From Sedimentisphaerales bacterium (GTDB taxonomy: Bacteria; Planctomycetota; Phycisphaerae; Sedimentisphaerales; Anaerobacaceae): 64,000 nt of DNA. The notes beneath the pieces are model-generated. The model had not been told where the DNA came from and made no database searches. It saw only the letters and a program-made list of their open reading frames with translations. Shown piece after piece: positions 9,933 to 20,059 of this stretch; the stretch's first letter is position 1; each line of letters begins with the position of its first letter. The translations under genes and the position numbers were made by a program. Location: positions 6,848,001 through 6,912,000 of the forward strand of contig OY970194.1 in assembly GCA_963708075.1 (NCBI GenBank), read 5' to 3'.

Positions 9933-11396
9933 TTATTCTCCGGCACACATGGCGTTCATCGACTCCAGACTCGACAGATATATCCCCTTCGAGTAATTCT
10001 CCAGCAGCCGCATCGCGGATGCTTTGTCCGTTTCGTACAGCTTGCGGGCGGCCCGCTCAATAGAGGGCTGCATCGCGACAGCCTCCCGCTCCAGGCGTTC
10101 CGCCTCCGCCTTTGTCCGTGCGACCATCGCGGGGCCGGCAGTATCGGCCTTGTCGCGGAAATTGGAGTAGACCCAGAACGCTTCCTGCGCGTTCGCGGCG
10201 AAGGGAGCTTGTACCCGGCGTGTATAAGTCTCGCCTGTCGGCCTCTCGGATTCCAGACGCCAGCCTGCGGGGAAACCGCTGATACCAAAGTGGAACGGGA
10301 TGTAGAAGGAGGTCCTCGGCGAGGCGAGACAGACCCAGTACACGAGGCCGATGTCCATGGGAGCGGTCTTTCTCAACTGGGCGACGAAGCTCGTTTGCGT
10401 TCCGCCGCTGCACAGGGCGCAGATGAAAGGCGAGGTACGGGCGGAGGGCTCGGGCTCGCTCTCTTTGTCGTGGCGCAGAATTCGCATCACGTCGGTGACG
10501 CTGAGCTTCTGTCGCGGCACGACCGAGAAGGGCAGGCGGGGCCCGGGCTCCAGCGGCTCGGCGGCGACGTATTTCAATCCACTCCATTGCCGGCCTATGT
10601 TGTTCGGGTGCGAGGCCGCCTTGGGATTGGCGTAAACGGCGGCGAAATCGAAGGTACCACCAGCAGCAGACTTGTACCAGCCCCGCGACTCTGCGTACTC
10701 GACGATGTCTTTGGAGGCGAGGCAGTTCCTGTCGTCCTTCAGATCGACATTGCGGACCGTGTAGGTATTGGCCACCATGGCGACTTCGTTGTCCGGCACG
10801 CGCTGAGCGAGCCAGTGCTTGCCATTTACGACGCAGAAGAGCCAGCCCTCGCCGGGATCGGCGATGATGTAGGTCCGGCCGGAATCGATGTAGCCGAATC
10901 GCTCCACGAGGCTGCCGGCCAGCAGGACGCCTTCCCTCGCCGTACGGGCGCGCTCCGCCACGAGTCGCCGGAGCATGTAGCCGATGCCGCCATCGCTGAT
11001 CTCCGGCTGGTCTTCACGTGACGGACAGTTATCTGATGCGACCGTCACGCCCCACTCGTTGACATAGCTGTCGGAAAAGAGCAGCCCGGGCATCTCCGAC
11101 CAGATGTAGGCCCAGGTCTGCGGGACCTGTTCCAGCGAGCCGCCGTTACGCAACTTCACCACGGCGCCGGCCGGATACGTGTGCCGGGATACCTTATGGT
11201 GGTTGACGATCTGCGGGGCCTCGTCGTCTTCGTTGTGACCGACGATCACGCAGCCGTCCGCTGAGACGTCCTTGCCGACGACGATGGAGAAGCACGCCCC
11301 GCACGGCACGGCTGCCGTCAACAGTGCACAGGTCAGAACGATCAAAATGATATAGCGGGGCAAGCCCCACCCCACGGGCTTTCGCCTCATGTTCAC
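9933..11396 (-). CDS. C69 family dipeptidase
   Basis: Nucleophile Cys in ACFSIVVGK..SADG...GHNED; NEWGV; ERARTAREGV. Confidence 0.88.
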   Translation of the reverse strand: MNMRRKPVGWGLPRYIILIVLTCALLTAAVPCGACFSIVVGKDVSADGCVIVGHNEDDEAPQIVNHHKVSRHTYPAGAVVKLRNGGSLEQVPQTWAYIWSEMPGLLFSDSYVNEWGVTVASDNCPSREDQPEISDGGIGYMLRRLVAERARTAREGVLLAGSLVERFGYIDSGRTYIIADPGEGWLFCVVNGKHWLAQRVPDNEVAMVANTYTVRNVDLKDDRNCLASKDIVEYAESRGWYKSAAGGTFDFAAVYANPKAASHPNNIGRQWSGLKYVAAEPLEPGPRLPFSVVPRQKLSVTDVMRILRHDKESEPEPSARTSPFICALCSGGTQTSFVAQLRKTAPMDIGLVYWVCLASPRTSFYIPFHFGISGFPAGWRLESERPTGETYTRRVQAPFAANAQEAFWVYSNFRDKADTAGPAMVARTKAEAERLEREAVAMQPSIERAARKLYETDKASAMRLLENYSKGIYLSSLESMNAMCAGE

Positions 11397-11400
11397 ATCC

Positions 11401-12714
11401 TTATTGCGTGGCGGGTGTTCTTAGAGTCTCTCCCGCGGCAACGGCTCCTCCCTGTGCAGGCACGGCGTTGAGCTGGCCTTCGGTGGAAGCAATCACCATG
11501 GTGCATACGGAGTCGCCGGTCACATTCACCACCGTGCGGCACATGTCTAAGAATCGATCCACGCCCATGATGATGCCGATGCCCTGGAGCGGGACGCCGA
11601 TACTACGCAGCACCATGGCAAGCATAATGACACCGGCCCCGGGGATGCCGGTGGTTCCCAGAGAGGCCAGCGTGGCGGTCAGGACAATCGTCAACTGCTG
11701 CCCGAACGTCAGGTCAATGCCGTAGAACTGGGCCAGGAACACGGCGGCCACACCCTGGTAGAGGGCCGTGCCGTCCATGTTGATGCTGGCCCCGAGCGAC
11801 AGCATGAAACTGCTGATGCTCCGGGAAACGCCAAGGTTCTCCGTGACACACTTGATCGTCACGGGCAACGTGGCCGAGCTCGATGAGGAGCTGAAGGCCA
11901 CCAACTGCGCCGGGCGGATGCCTCGGAAGAACTTGACAGGGCTCGTCTTCGCGAGGATTCTCACGATCGCGGACTGAACGAGAAGCATGTATGTGAGCAA
12001 TCCGAGCAGGACTACTCCACAGTACTTGGCGAGCATCACTATGATCCCGAGGCCGAAATCCGCGACGACAGCGGCAATCAGCGCGAACACGCCGTACGGC
12101 GCGATCTGCATGATGACGTGCACCATCTTTACGAAGATCTCGTTGATGCCTTCGAAGAATTGAACGACCGGCTTGCTGCGCTCCGGCGGGATCAGTGTCA
12201 GGCAAACGCCCATCAGCACGGCGAAGAAGATGATCTGAAGCATTTCGCCGTCTGCGAGGGACCGGACCGGGTTGGTGGGGATGATGTTCAGAAGCAGGTC
12301 CCTGACGGACGGCCTTTCGAGGGCGGGCCCGGCGGGGGAGGTCGTCTGTTTGCCGGCCCCATCGATCAATAGTTGTTTCGTATCCTGAGAAAAGCCGACA
12401 CCGGGCCGACCGATGTTGGCGAACAGCAGGCCGATGCTTACGGCGATGGCGGTCATGGACACATAGAGCGTCAGGGTTCGGATTCCGATTCTGCCGAGGC
12501 TTCTCAGATCCTTCAGGCTCGTCGTGCCCACGACCAGAGAGGCGAAGACCAGTGGCACGACGACCATGCTGATGAGCTTGATGAACGCCGTCCCTATCGG
12601 CCGGACCCAGGTGGTTACGAACTCCGTGAACCCAAAGCGATTGGCCGCAAATCCGAAAATGGTCCCGAGGGCCAGGGCCAGCAGTATCTTTGTATGCATT
12701 TGCAGTCTGGGCAT
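11401..12714 (-). CDS. Dicarboxylate/amino acid:cation symporter (DAACS, GltP-like)
   Basis: AFSSSSSSATLP, GASINMDGT and DRFLDMCRTVVNVTGD motifs. Confidence 0.95.
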   Translation of the reverse strand: MPRLQMHTKILLALALGTIFGFAANRFGFTEFVTTWVRPIGTAFIKLISMVVVPLVFASLVVGTTSLKDLRSLGRIGIRTLTLYVSMTAIAVSIGLLFANIGRPGVGFSQDTKQLLIDGAGKQTTSPAGPALERPSVRDLLLNIIPTNPVRSLADGEMLQIIFFAVLMGVCLTLIPPERSKPVVQFFEGINEIFVKMVHVIMQIAPYGVFALIAAVVADFGLGIIVMLAKYCGVVLLGLLTYMLLVQSAIVRILAKTSPVKFFRGIRPAQLVAFSSSSSSATLPVTIKCVTENLGVSRSISSFMLSLGASINMDGTALYQGVAAVFLAQFYGIDLTFGQQLTIVLTATLASLGTTGIPGAGVIMLAMVLRSIGVPLQGIGIIMGVDRFLDMCRTVVNVTGDSVCTMVIASTEGQLNAVPAQGGAVAAGETLRTPATQ

Positions 12715-12747
12715 TGACGTCAGATCTCCAACATGCCTTCGCCGGGG

Positions 12748-13542
12748 CTACGGCTGTTTCGTCGCGGCCTGGATGAGCGCGCCGTAGATCGCGTTGCGGT
12801 GGGCCAGGTCGGTCATGGCCTCGGGGTGCCACTGCACGAACAGGCCGAACTTGCCGTCGGTGCGTTCCAGAGCCTCCGCCACCCCGTCCTCGCTGCGTGC
12901 GATCACCCGCAGATTCTTTCCCAGGCCGTCCACAGCCTGGTGATGGCTTGACAGGACAGACGCTTCATGGTTCTTGAGCAATCGGGCCAGGAGGCTGTCG
13001 GGATCGATCCGGACACGATGGTAAGCTCGATGATTGACCTTCGTGCCGATCTCGGAGGGGATGTCCTGAACCATCGTGCCGCCGGCGACGACATTCGTGA
13101 ATTGCATGCCCAGGCACACGCCGAGCAGGGGCTTGCCGCCGTCGAGCCATCGGGCGATCAGTTTTCGCTCGAACTCACACCGGTGCTTCTCCAGAGGCTC
13201 AACCGTCTCGTGTGCCTTTTCACCGTACATCTCAGGCGGAATATCATCTCCGCCGATCAGCACCAGGCCATCGAGCACCTCCAGGTACTTCTGGAGAATC
13301 GATTCATCGTCAATCGTCGGCAGCACCACGGGCACGCCGCCATTCTCGGCCACGGCCGCAGCGTAGGCAAAAGTCACGGTCGTCTGGGCCGGCTTCTTCT
13401 CCTTCGCCGGCTCATAAACGCTCGTGATGCCGATGATCGGTCTGGAAGGCGCCTGGACCTGTCGGCATCCGCCGGCGGTCCAGAAAAGGCAAGCACATAG
13501 GGCCAAAACTGCTGCGTTTGTGACGTGCTTCGCATTCCTCAT
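12748..13542 (-). CDS. Gamma-glutamyl-gamma-aminobutyrate hydrolase family (peptidase C26)
   Basis: PIIGIT, GGDD, GVCLGMQ, SHHQAV and VQWHPE motifs. Confidence 0.9.
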   Translation of the reverse strand: MRNAKHVTNAAVLALCACLFWTAGGCRQVQAPSRPIIGITSVYEPAKEKKPAQTTVTFAYAAAVAENGGVPVVLPTIDDESILQKYLEVLDGLVLIGGDDIPPEMYGEKAHETVEPLEKHRCEFERKLIARWLDGGKPLLGVCLGMQFTNVVAGGTMVQDIPSEIGTKVNHRAYHRVRIDPDSLLARLLKNHEASVLSSHHQAVDGLGKNLRVIARSEDGVAEALERTDGKFGLFVQWHPEAMTDLAHRNAIYGALIQAATKQP

Positions 13543-13895
13543 GGCTGACCCCTGTCCCACGGACTATATCTATCGGGTAGAGCAGACCACTCTACGTGGC
13601 CGCCAGCTTACCGTCTTGGGCATTGCCTGTCCATACGCAGCCTTGCAGGGCCTGGCGTGCGAGAAGGAGCCGATTTCCAAATATCCGGCAGGCGAACAGA
13701 CATTTCGGTTTCTTCCGTCCGTCGCTACAAAGTTCTTGCGGCTTGCGGGGGATTCTGGTATTATGGGTCCGAGCGTGGAGGCACGCCGTCTATGAGGTCT
13801 GCACGAGAGATGTCGGGTGAAGCGGCTCGGCGCGGAATGAGCCGACGCGGGTCGTGACGCCTGTGATTTCAAGGGAGCTTTGAAGGAGGACCATC

Positions 13896-16532
13896 ATGTG
13901 GCGCAAATCAATCTATCTGGCAGCATTCGTGGCTGTGGGTCTGTTGGCTGTGCCATCGCTGACCCATGCACAAGTGACGAACCTGGCACCGAATCCGAGT
14001 TTCGAGGAGGACGAGCCTGTCCTGGACGACGCGAGTTGGACGGCTTGGTGCACCTGGAATGATGCGGCCGGTACAGGCAGCACGGCCAAGTTCGATGACA
14101 CCGAAGCCGTCGACGGCTTGAGGAGTCTCAGGGTCGATCCCAAGGGCGGCACCGACTGGTATTTCATCGTGGCACTGATCTCCATGCCGGGCAAGGTTGG
14201 CACGAAGTACACCGCCAGCTTCTGGGCCAAGGCGCAGGAGCCGCGCCCTTCGGCGCGCAGTTCAAGTCGGCGGACAACTCCGTCACCTGGGGCGGGACCT
14301 CCTTTCAACTGACGCAGGAATGGGCGGAGTATTACTTCACCGTTGCGGCCCAGAACGCCGACATCAAGCTCGAGTTCCTCTGTGCCGCTTCGACGGCGCC
14401 GTTCTGGCTGGATTTCGTGTCCTTCTATGAGGGCGAGTACGTTCCGGGCATTACGCCGCCGGGAGCGGGACCGCGGCCGAAGGCCTTCATGCCGGATCCG
14501 AAGGTCGATACCATAATCGATCAGACGTGGGTCAAGCTCGGCTGGAAACCCGGGGATTTCGCGGTGTCGCACAAGGTGTACTTCGGGGACAGCCTGGAGG
14601 CCGTGGACGGGGGGCAGGTGCAGCCCATGGACACGACGGGCACCTCTCTTGAGCTTGGACGCAAAGCGCCGTACGCGACCGCACTGACTCCGGGCAAGAC
14701 CTACTACTGGCGCGTCGATGAAGTCAATAACGCCGATCCCGCCAGTCCATGGAAAGGCGATGTCTGGAGTTTCCGGGTCCGGCCTGCACTCGCCTGGAAT
14801 CCTGTGCCCGGCGACGGGATCAAGTACGTTGATCCCAATCAGGACCTGGCCTGGGAGTACGGCTTGGGCAGCGTCTTCCACACGGTGTATTTCGGCGAGA
14901 GCCTTGAGAACCGTCAGCACGGCCACAACCGACGGCCAGCCGACCATGGCTGCCACATCTGATCCCGGGGCGTTGAAGATCGCCACGACGTACTATTGGC
15001 GAGTTGATGAATATGTGAGCGGGGTGTTCCGCAAAGGCGATGTCTGGAGCTTCACGACGGTTCCTGAAATCGCGGTCACGAACCCGGACCTGCTCGGCTG
15101 GTGGACGCTCGATGAGGGCATGGGGACCACAGCGATGGATTGGTCCGGTCACGGCAAGCACGGCCGGATCATCGGCAGTGCGAAATGGACCTATGGGGTT
15201 CACGACGGCGCGCTGTACCTGGCCAATGGGGCGAGCGTGGAGATCCCGGCACTCAACGTGAGCACCAATACGGTGACGATGACGGCCTGGGTCAAGAGAG
15301 ACGGCAGCCAGTCGGATTGGTCCGGGGTGCTCTTCAAGAGAGAGGGCGGAGCGTTGGGCATGGGCTTCGGTCCGGCCAACGAGCTGCGATACCATTGGAC
15401 CGACAAGTATTGGGACTATGTCACCGGGATCGTCCCGCCGGACCAGGAATGGTTCTTCATGGCCCTGGTCATCGAGCCGACACAGGGCACCTTGTACCTC
15501 AACGGCACCGACACATTCGCACAGAACAAGGCGGCCCACGACCCGGATCCGTTCAGCGGAACTCTGGTGATCGGTCGAGACCCGCAGGGTAGCCGGGACC
15601 TGAAGGGAACCGTGGACGACGTCCGGTTCTACAACAAGGCGTTGAGCGCGGCCGAGATCAAGGCGGTCATGCGTGGCGATCCGTCGCGGGCGTGGGGTCC
15701 CACACCGGCGGCTGATGCCGTTCTGGATATCAGAAATGTGGATTCCTTGAGCTGGTCGGCAGGCGATGGGGCCGCGACTCATGACGTGTACTTCGGCAAG
15801 GACAGGAAGGCCGTCACGGACGCAGATCACAGCTCGCCCGCGTACAAAGGCAATCAGGCGGCGACGGGCTTTTCCCTGGCGGCGCTTGTCGATATCAATG
15901 CCGGTGACTGCTTCTGGCGCATCGACGAAGTCGAGGCCGGCGGAACCATCCATAAGGGCAATGTCTGGCAGTTCACGGTCCTGCCGTACCTGCTCGTCGA
16001 TGATTTCGAGAGCTACACGAACGAGTCCCCGAACCGGCTGTTCCAGACTTGGATCGACGGGGCGGGCTTCTCGCCGGATGATTTCTTCCCGAAGGGCAAC
16101 GCGGGCAACGCCTCGGGCGCGCTCGTCGGCTACGATCCTCAGGCCGGCACCATCGTGGAGACCCGCATCGTCCATGGCGGCAGCCAGTCCATGCCGATCG
16201 CATATGACAACAGCGCCGCACCGAAGTACTCCGAGGCCGAACGCACGTTCTCGCCCGCCGAGAACTGGACGGTCGCCGGAGTCACGACCCTGGTTGTGCA
16301 CTTCCGCGGCGCCCCGGACAACACGGGCCAACTGTACGCGAAGATCAATGGCACGAAGGTGCTCTACAAGGGTGACGCCGCCGACATCGCGGGCACCACG
16401 TGGGTGGCGTGGAATATCGACCTCGCCTCCGCCGGCGTGAGCCCGGCCAGCATCAGGACACTGGCCATCGGCATCGACGGCGGCCAGACGGGGACCCTGT
16501 ATATCGACGATATCCGCGTGATCAAGCCGTAA
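13896..16532 (+). CDS. Secreted CBM4/9 + LamG-like multidomain protein, split by two frameshifts (~14250, ~14910)
   Basis: ORFs 13896-14312, 14417-14962 and 14718-16532 join into one protein; NPSFE, repeated YYWRVDE/GDVWSF, GTVDDVRFYNKALS. Confidence 0.8.
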
Positions 16533-16577
16533 GGCCGGATCGTGGATAGTATCGTCGAGGGTCCATCAGACGAGTAC

Positions 16578-16609
16578 CAAGGGGCTGCGACATTATGTGC
16601 AGCCCCTTG
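16578..16609. terminator. Probable bidirectional intrinsic terminator
   Basis: CAAGGGGCTGC...GCAGCCCCTTG hairpin followed by CTGTTTT, between convergent genes. Confidence 0.7.
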
Positions 16610-16634
16610 CTGTTTTCGGATACGCGGCCAATCG

Positions 16635-18228
16635 TCAATCCCCAGGCTCGGCGCCGACGATGCCATCGGACCAGCGGGTCAGGGTCAAGGGGTCGTGGCC
16701 GGGAATGACGATGTCTGCGAGGGAGCGGATTTTCGCCATGGCCTGCCGGCAGGCGGATTCATCGGGGCTGCGCGGGCCGGTCCTTCTCGATGTTCTCGTA
16801 TTTATAGACGACGTCGCCCGCGAGCACGGCCGGGCCCATGTGGGTCTGCACGAGCACGCCCTGGCTGCCGGTGCTGTGACAGCCGAGCGGGAAGACCCGT
16901 ACGCCGGGGAGGATCTCGTCATCCTCAACGAGTTGAAGGGCTTCGGGACGCTTTGAGAGAGCACCTTTCACATCGGGGGCAATGTGAGCTTCCGCCTCCT
17001 CGTACTCGCGGCGGTTGACGATGAGCTTCGCATTGGGGAAGGCGTCGAAGTAGTCGTAATGGTCGGCGTGCAGGTGCGTGGCGATGACGTGACTGACGGC
17101 GGCCGGGTCGATCCCGTGTCGCTTCAGGGCCTCGGGCGTCCGCTCCTCCGGAAGTTGCTTCACACCGCCGGGGATGTATTGGGCCGTGCCTTTACTGAAT
17201 TCCTCGGGGTACTTCGGGCCGGTGTCCACGAGAATCGGGCGCGGGCCGCCCTCGATCACCCAGACGTAGAGATAGTACTTGCTTGTCTCCTGACTGTCGC
17301 TGTCCTGGAACGTGATGTAGTCGCGGACCTGGCACTCGCCCACCTTGATCGCGCGGATCGTGTACCTGGGTGCGTTCGCCGGAGCAGGGGGCCAGCGGTC
17401 CGGCGTGCCGGGATCGTGACTGGGCAGTACGATGTCCGCCTTGGCGCGGACCTTCTCGATAGCGGCCTTGCATTGATTGAGATCGTCAAACACGCCAGGC
17501 GGAATGTTGCGCTCGAAGTTGGCCAGCAGGGAAATCGTATCGCCCGTGAGTACGGCCCAGCCCTGATCGGTCCGGACCCGATAGGCCGTCGAGCCCGGCG
17601 TGTGCCCGCCGATCCAGAATGACTCGATTCCCGGCAGGACCGCCTGGTCCTCCACGAGCACCAGCCGGCTGCGGCACTGGGGGTCGTTCAGGAACGCATC
17701 CATCATCGGCCCGTGACCCCAACTCGGGCTCTGGCCTGTCGCGCCCTCCCATTCCTTCTTGCCGACGTAGACCTTCGCATTTTTGTACAGTGGCAGATCA
17801 TCGACGTGGTCGAAGTGCATATGCGTGATGAAAATATGCCCGATATCCTCAGGCGCGAGGCCGAACTTGCGTAATTGGGCCCGGCTGCTCTCTTGTTCGC
17901 TCTGCGCGATCGGCTCGCGAAGCACGTGAGCGGCGCCGCGATTCATCTCCGCGACATTCGTAAGCCCCGCGTCCACCAGAATGGGCTTGTCCCCGCCGAG
18001 GATCAGCCAGAGGTACAGCGCGTAGCCGTACGTCTCGGCGTTGTTGCCGCCGTAGAATGCGTGATTCCCCGCGAGTTTGCACACGCCGTTGCGCAATGGG
18101 TAGATCCGGTACGCTGGCCCCTTTGTTTCACTGGCCGCGCTCGTCGGCAGTGTAATCAGCACTGACAGCAGTACCATCAGCCGAATTATAGGGTGGGCTG
18201 TGCCCACCAATTCATTGTGCATTTGCAT
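16635..18228 (-). CDS. Protein with two tandem N-acyl-homoserine-lactonase-like MBL-fold domains; frameshift near the C-terminus (~16770)
   Basis: THMHFDH and THLHADH motifs, GHTPG/CHSTG, PSHDP; second PGHDP lies in the shifted frame (16635 ORF). Confidence 0.82.
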
Positions 18229-18266
18229 CTCCCATCAGGAACATGGTGGGCACAGCCCACCCTGCG
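18188..18266. repeat. GTAG-type REP-like doublet (TAGGGTGGGCTGTGCCCACC / GGTGGGCACAGCCCACCCTGCG)
   Basis: Two inverted copies of a 20-bp palindromic unit; related units at 34461, 35020, 35625, 43546, 52334. Confidence 0.75.
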
Positions 18267-18270
18267 AGAC

Positions 18271-19947
18271 TCACAATCGTACCTGGACCTGCTTGTCAGC
18301 GGGGACCTGCATGGTCACTGTCTTGCCCCGTGAGGCAATTGCGAGGTCGAAGGCTCCATCGCTTTTCACCGTCACCGTGCGAACACCGGCTGCGTCGGCT
18401 TCTTCGCAGACGAGCGAAACCGTCTTGCCGCCAAACCAGAACCTTTCGATCCCCACGCGGGCGGGGGAGCGGATGTCCCAGGTGATCTTGTTGGCCGGCG
18501 CGTCCGCCCGGATGCCGATGGCGTACTCGATGAAGAACGCGATGGGCCCGATGCCGCTCCAGCCGACGAAGTCGCCTTTGGCGGGCTTACCCTCAGTCAC
18601 GTGCTGCGGAGCGTAGTTCTCCCATATGGTCCCATTCTCCTTGAACACGGCCACAACATTGCGCAGGTGATTCAGCGCGATCTCGCGGGCGAGGTCCGCG
18701 TAGCCGTAATTTTCCAGGCCTGCCATCACCATTTTGTCGGTGGGGGCCCAGATGGCGCCGACCCAGTAGCCGCCCTTGGGATCGAAGCCGGGCTCGTTGG
18801 CCGCCAGCGTGGGCACACGGTGGATTGTCTTGAATGTGTCCGGGTTCTCCAACTCCGCGGCGAGCGCTTCCGCCTGTGACTCGGACGCCACCTTTGCCAG
18901 CATCGCCCAGAACGCGGCGATGCTCTTGACCGGGGCCCGCTCGCCCTTGATGGTCAGGTCGAAGTAGAACTTTCGCTGCTCGTCCCACATGTGCCGGTTG
19001 ATGAGCGTCGAGAGTTCCTCGGCGTCCTGCCGGTACTTGCGGCCCTCGGCCTGCTTGCCGAGAATGTCCGCGATCTGAGCGATGTGGCGGGCGAACAGGA
19101 CCATTTCACAGGAGATGTCGATCCCGCAGCCGCCCGGCTCCAGGTACTTGTTTCGCGTGGAGTTGTCCATACTGGCCCAGTCGGTCAGATAGAGTCCGTT
19201 GCCCTGCCGCAGGTACTTCTGCAGGGCGGCGTGGTACCGCACCAGCGGCTCCCAGACCAGCCGGAGCCTGTCCTTGTCGCCCGTCAGGCGAAAGCTCTCC
19301 AACTCCGCCCAGGCGAAGATCGGGTGGTTCAGGGCGTCCAGCGTCAGCTTTGGATTGGGCACAGGCGCCGGCTTGCCCTCATAGACCACGCTCACTCGCT
19401 TCTGCCCCGTCTCCATGAGGGTGTATCCCCACCGGCTGAACATGGGCTCGTCGTCCTTGTTCACCCACTGCTCGAAATCCACGCCTGTAGTGCGGTTGAT
19501 CTCCCGGCAGATCTCGCCGTCCTCATGCTGCTTGATATAGAAGTTGTCCAGCGAGCCGATGCCCGGCACGTAGGGATGGGCGTAGTTGCAGAACATCGTC
19601 ATGAAGCACGTGTCCCACAGGAAGATATTCTGATTGAACGCCGCATCGATGAACTGCGTGACGAACCCGCTGCCCTTCGCCGGCTCGTGGAAGTTCCGGA
19701 ACGCCACCTCCCACGCCTTCCAGTAGCACCGAACATAGTTCGGGTCCTCATCAAAGATCGGCGAAGGCAGCCTGCCCCGCATCGCCTCAAACCCCGGCAG
19801 CGCCTTGGGCTCATACTGCTTCTTGCCGAAGTACAGCCCCTGCCCGGCCGACAGGCCGCTGTTGATAGATGCCACCACCAGAACCACCGGCACAATTCTC
19901 GCGCACATCGTCCACCTCAATTCGCGGCCAGGCGCATTCAGACTCAT
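18271..19947 (-). CDS. Trehalase/MGH1-like (alpha/alpha)6 glycoside hydrolase
   Basis: IFLWDTCF, SMDNS, YWVGAIWAP, WENY and DFVGWSG motifs; signal peptide. Confidence 0.82.
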   Translation of the reverse strand: MSLNAPGRELRWTMCARIVPVVLVVASINSGLSAGQGLYFGKKQYEPKALPGFEAMRGRLPSPIFDEDPNYVRCYWKAWEVAFRNFHEPAKGSGFVTQFIDAAFNQNIFLWDTCFMTMFCNYAHPYVPGIGSLDNFYIKQHEDGEICREINRTTGVDFEQWVNKDDEPMFSRWGYTLMETGQKRVSVVYEGKPAPVPNPKLTLDALNHPIFAWAELESFRLTGDKDRLRLVWEPLVRYHAALQKYLRQGNGLYLTDWASMDNSTRNKYLEPGGCGIDISCEMVLFARHIAQIADILGKQAEGRKYRQDAEELSTLINRHMWDEQRKFYFDLTIKGERAPVKSIAAFWAMLAKVASESQAEALAAELENPDTFKTIHRVPTLAANEPGFDPKGGYWVGAIWAPTDKMVMAGLENYGYADLAREIALNHLRNVVAVFKENGTIWENYAPQHVTEGKPAKGDFVGWSGIGPIAFFIEYAIGIRADAPANKITWDIRSPARVGIERFWFGGKTVSLVCEEADAAGVRTVTVKSDGAFDLAIASRGKTVTMQVPADKQVQVRL

Positions 19948-20059
19948 AACATTACCCCTCAAAAAAACTCCAGCCTATCCGCTCCCGCATTCCTTGTCCA
20001 TACATGCTTGCGCAAGCGTAAGCATGGCACTTGGCTTGACCGAGAGAGACATCGGCCGG

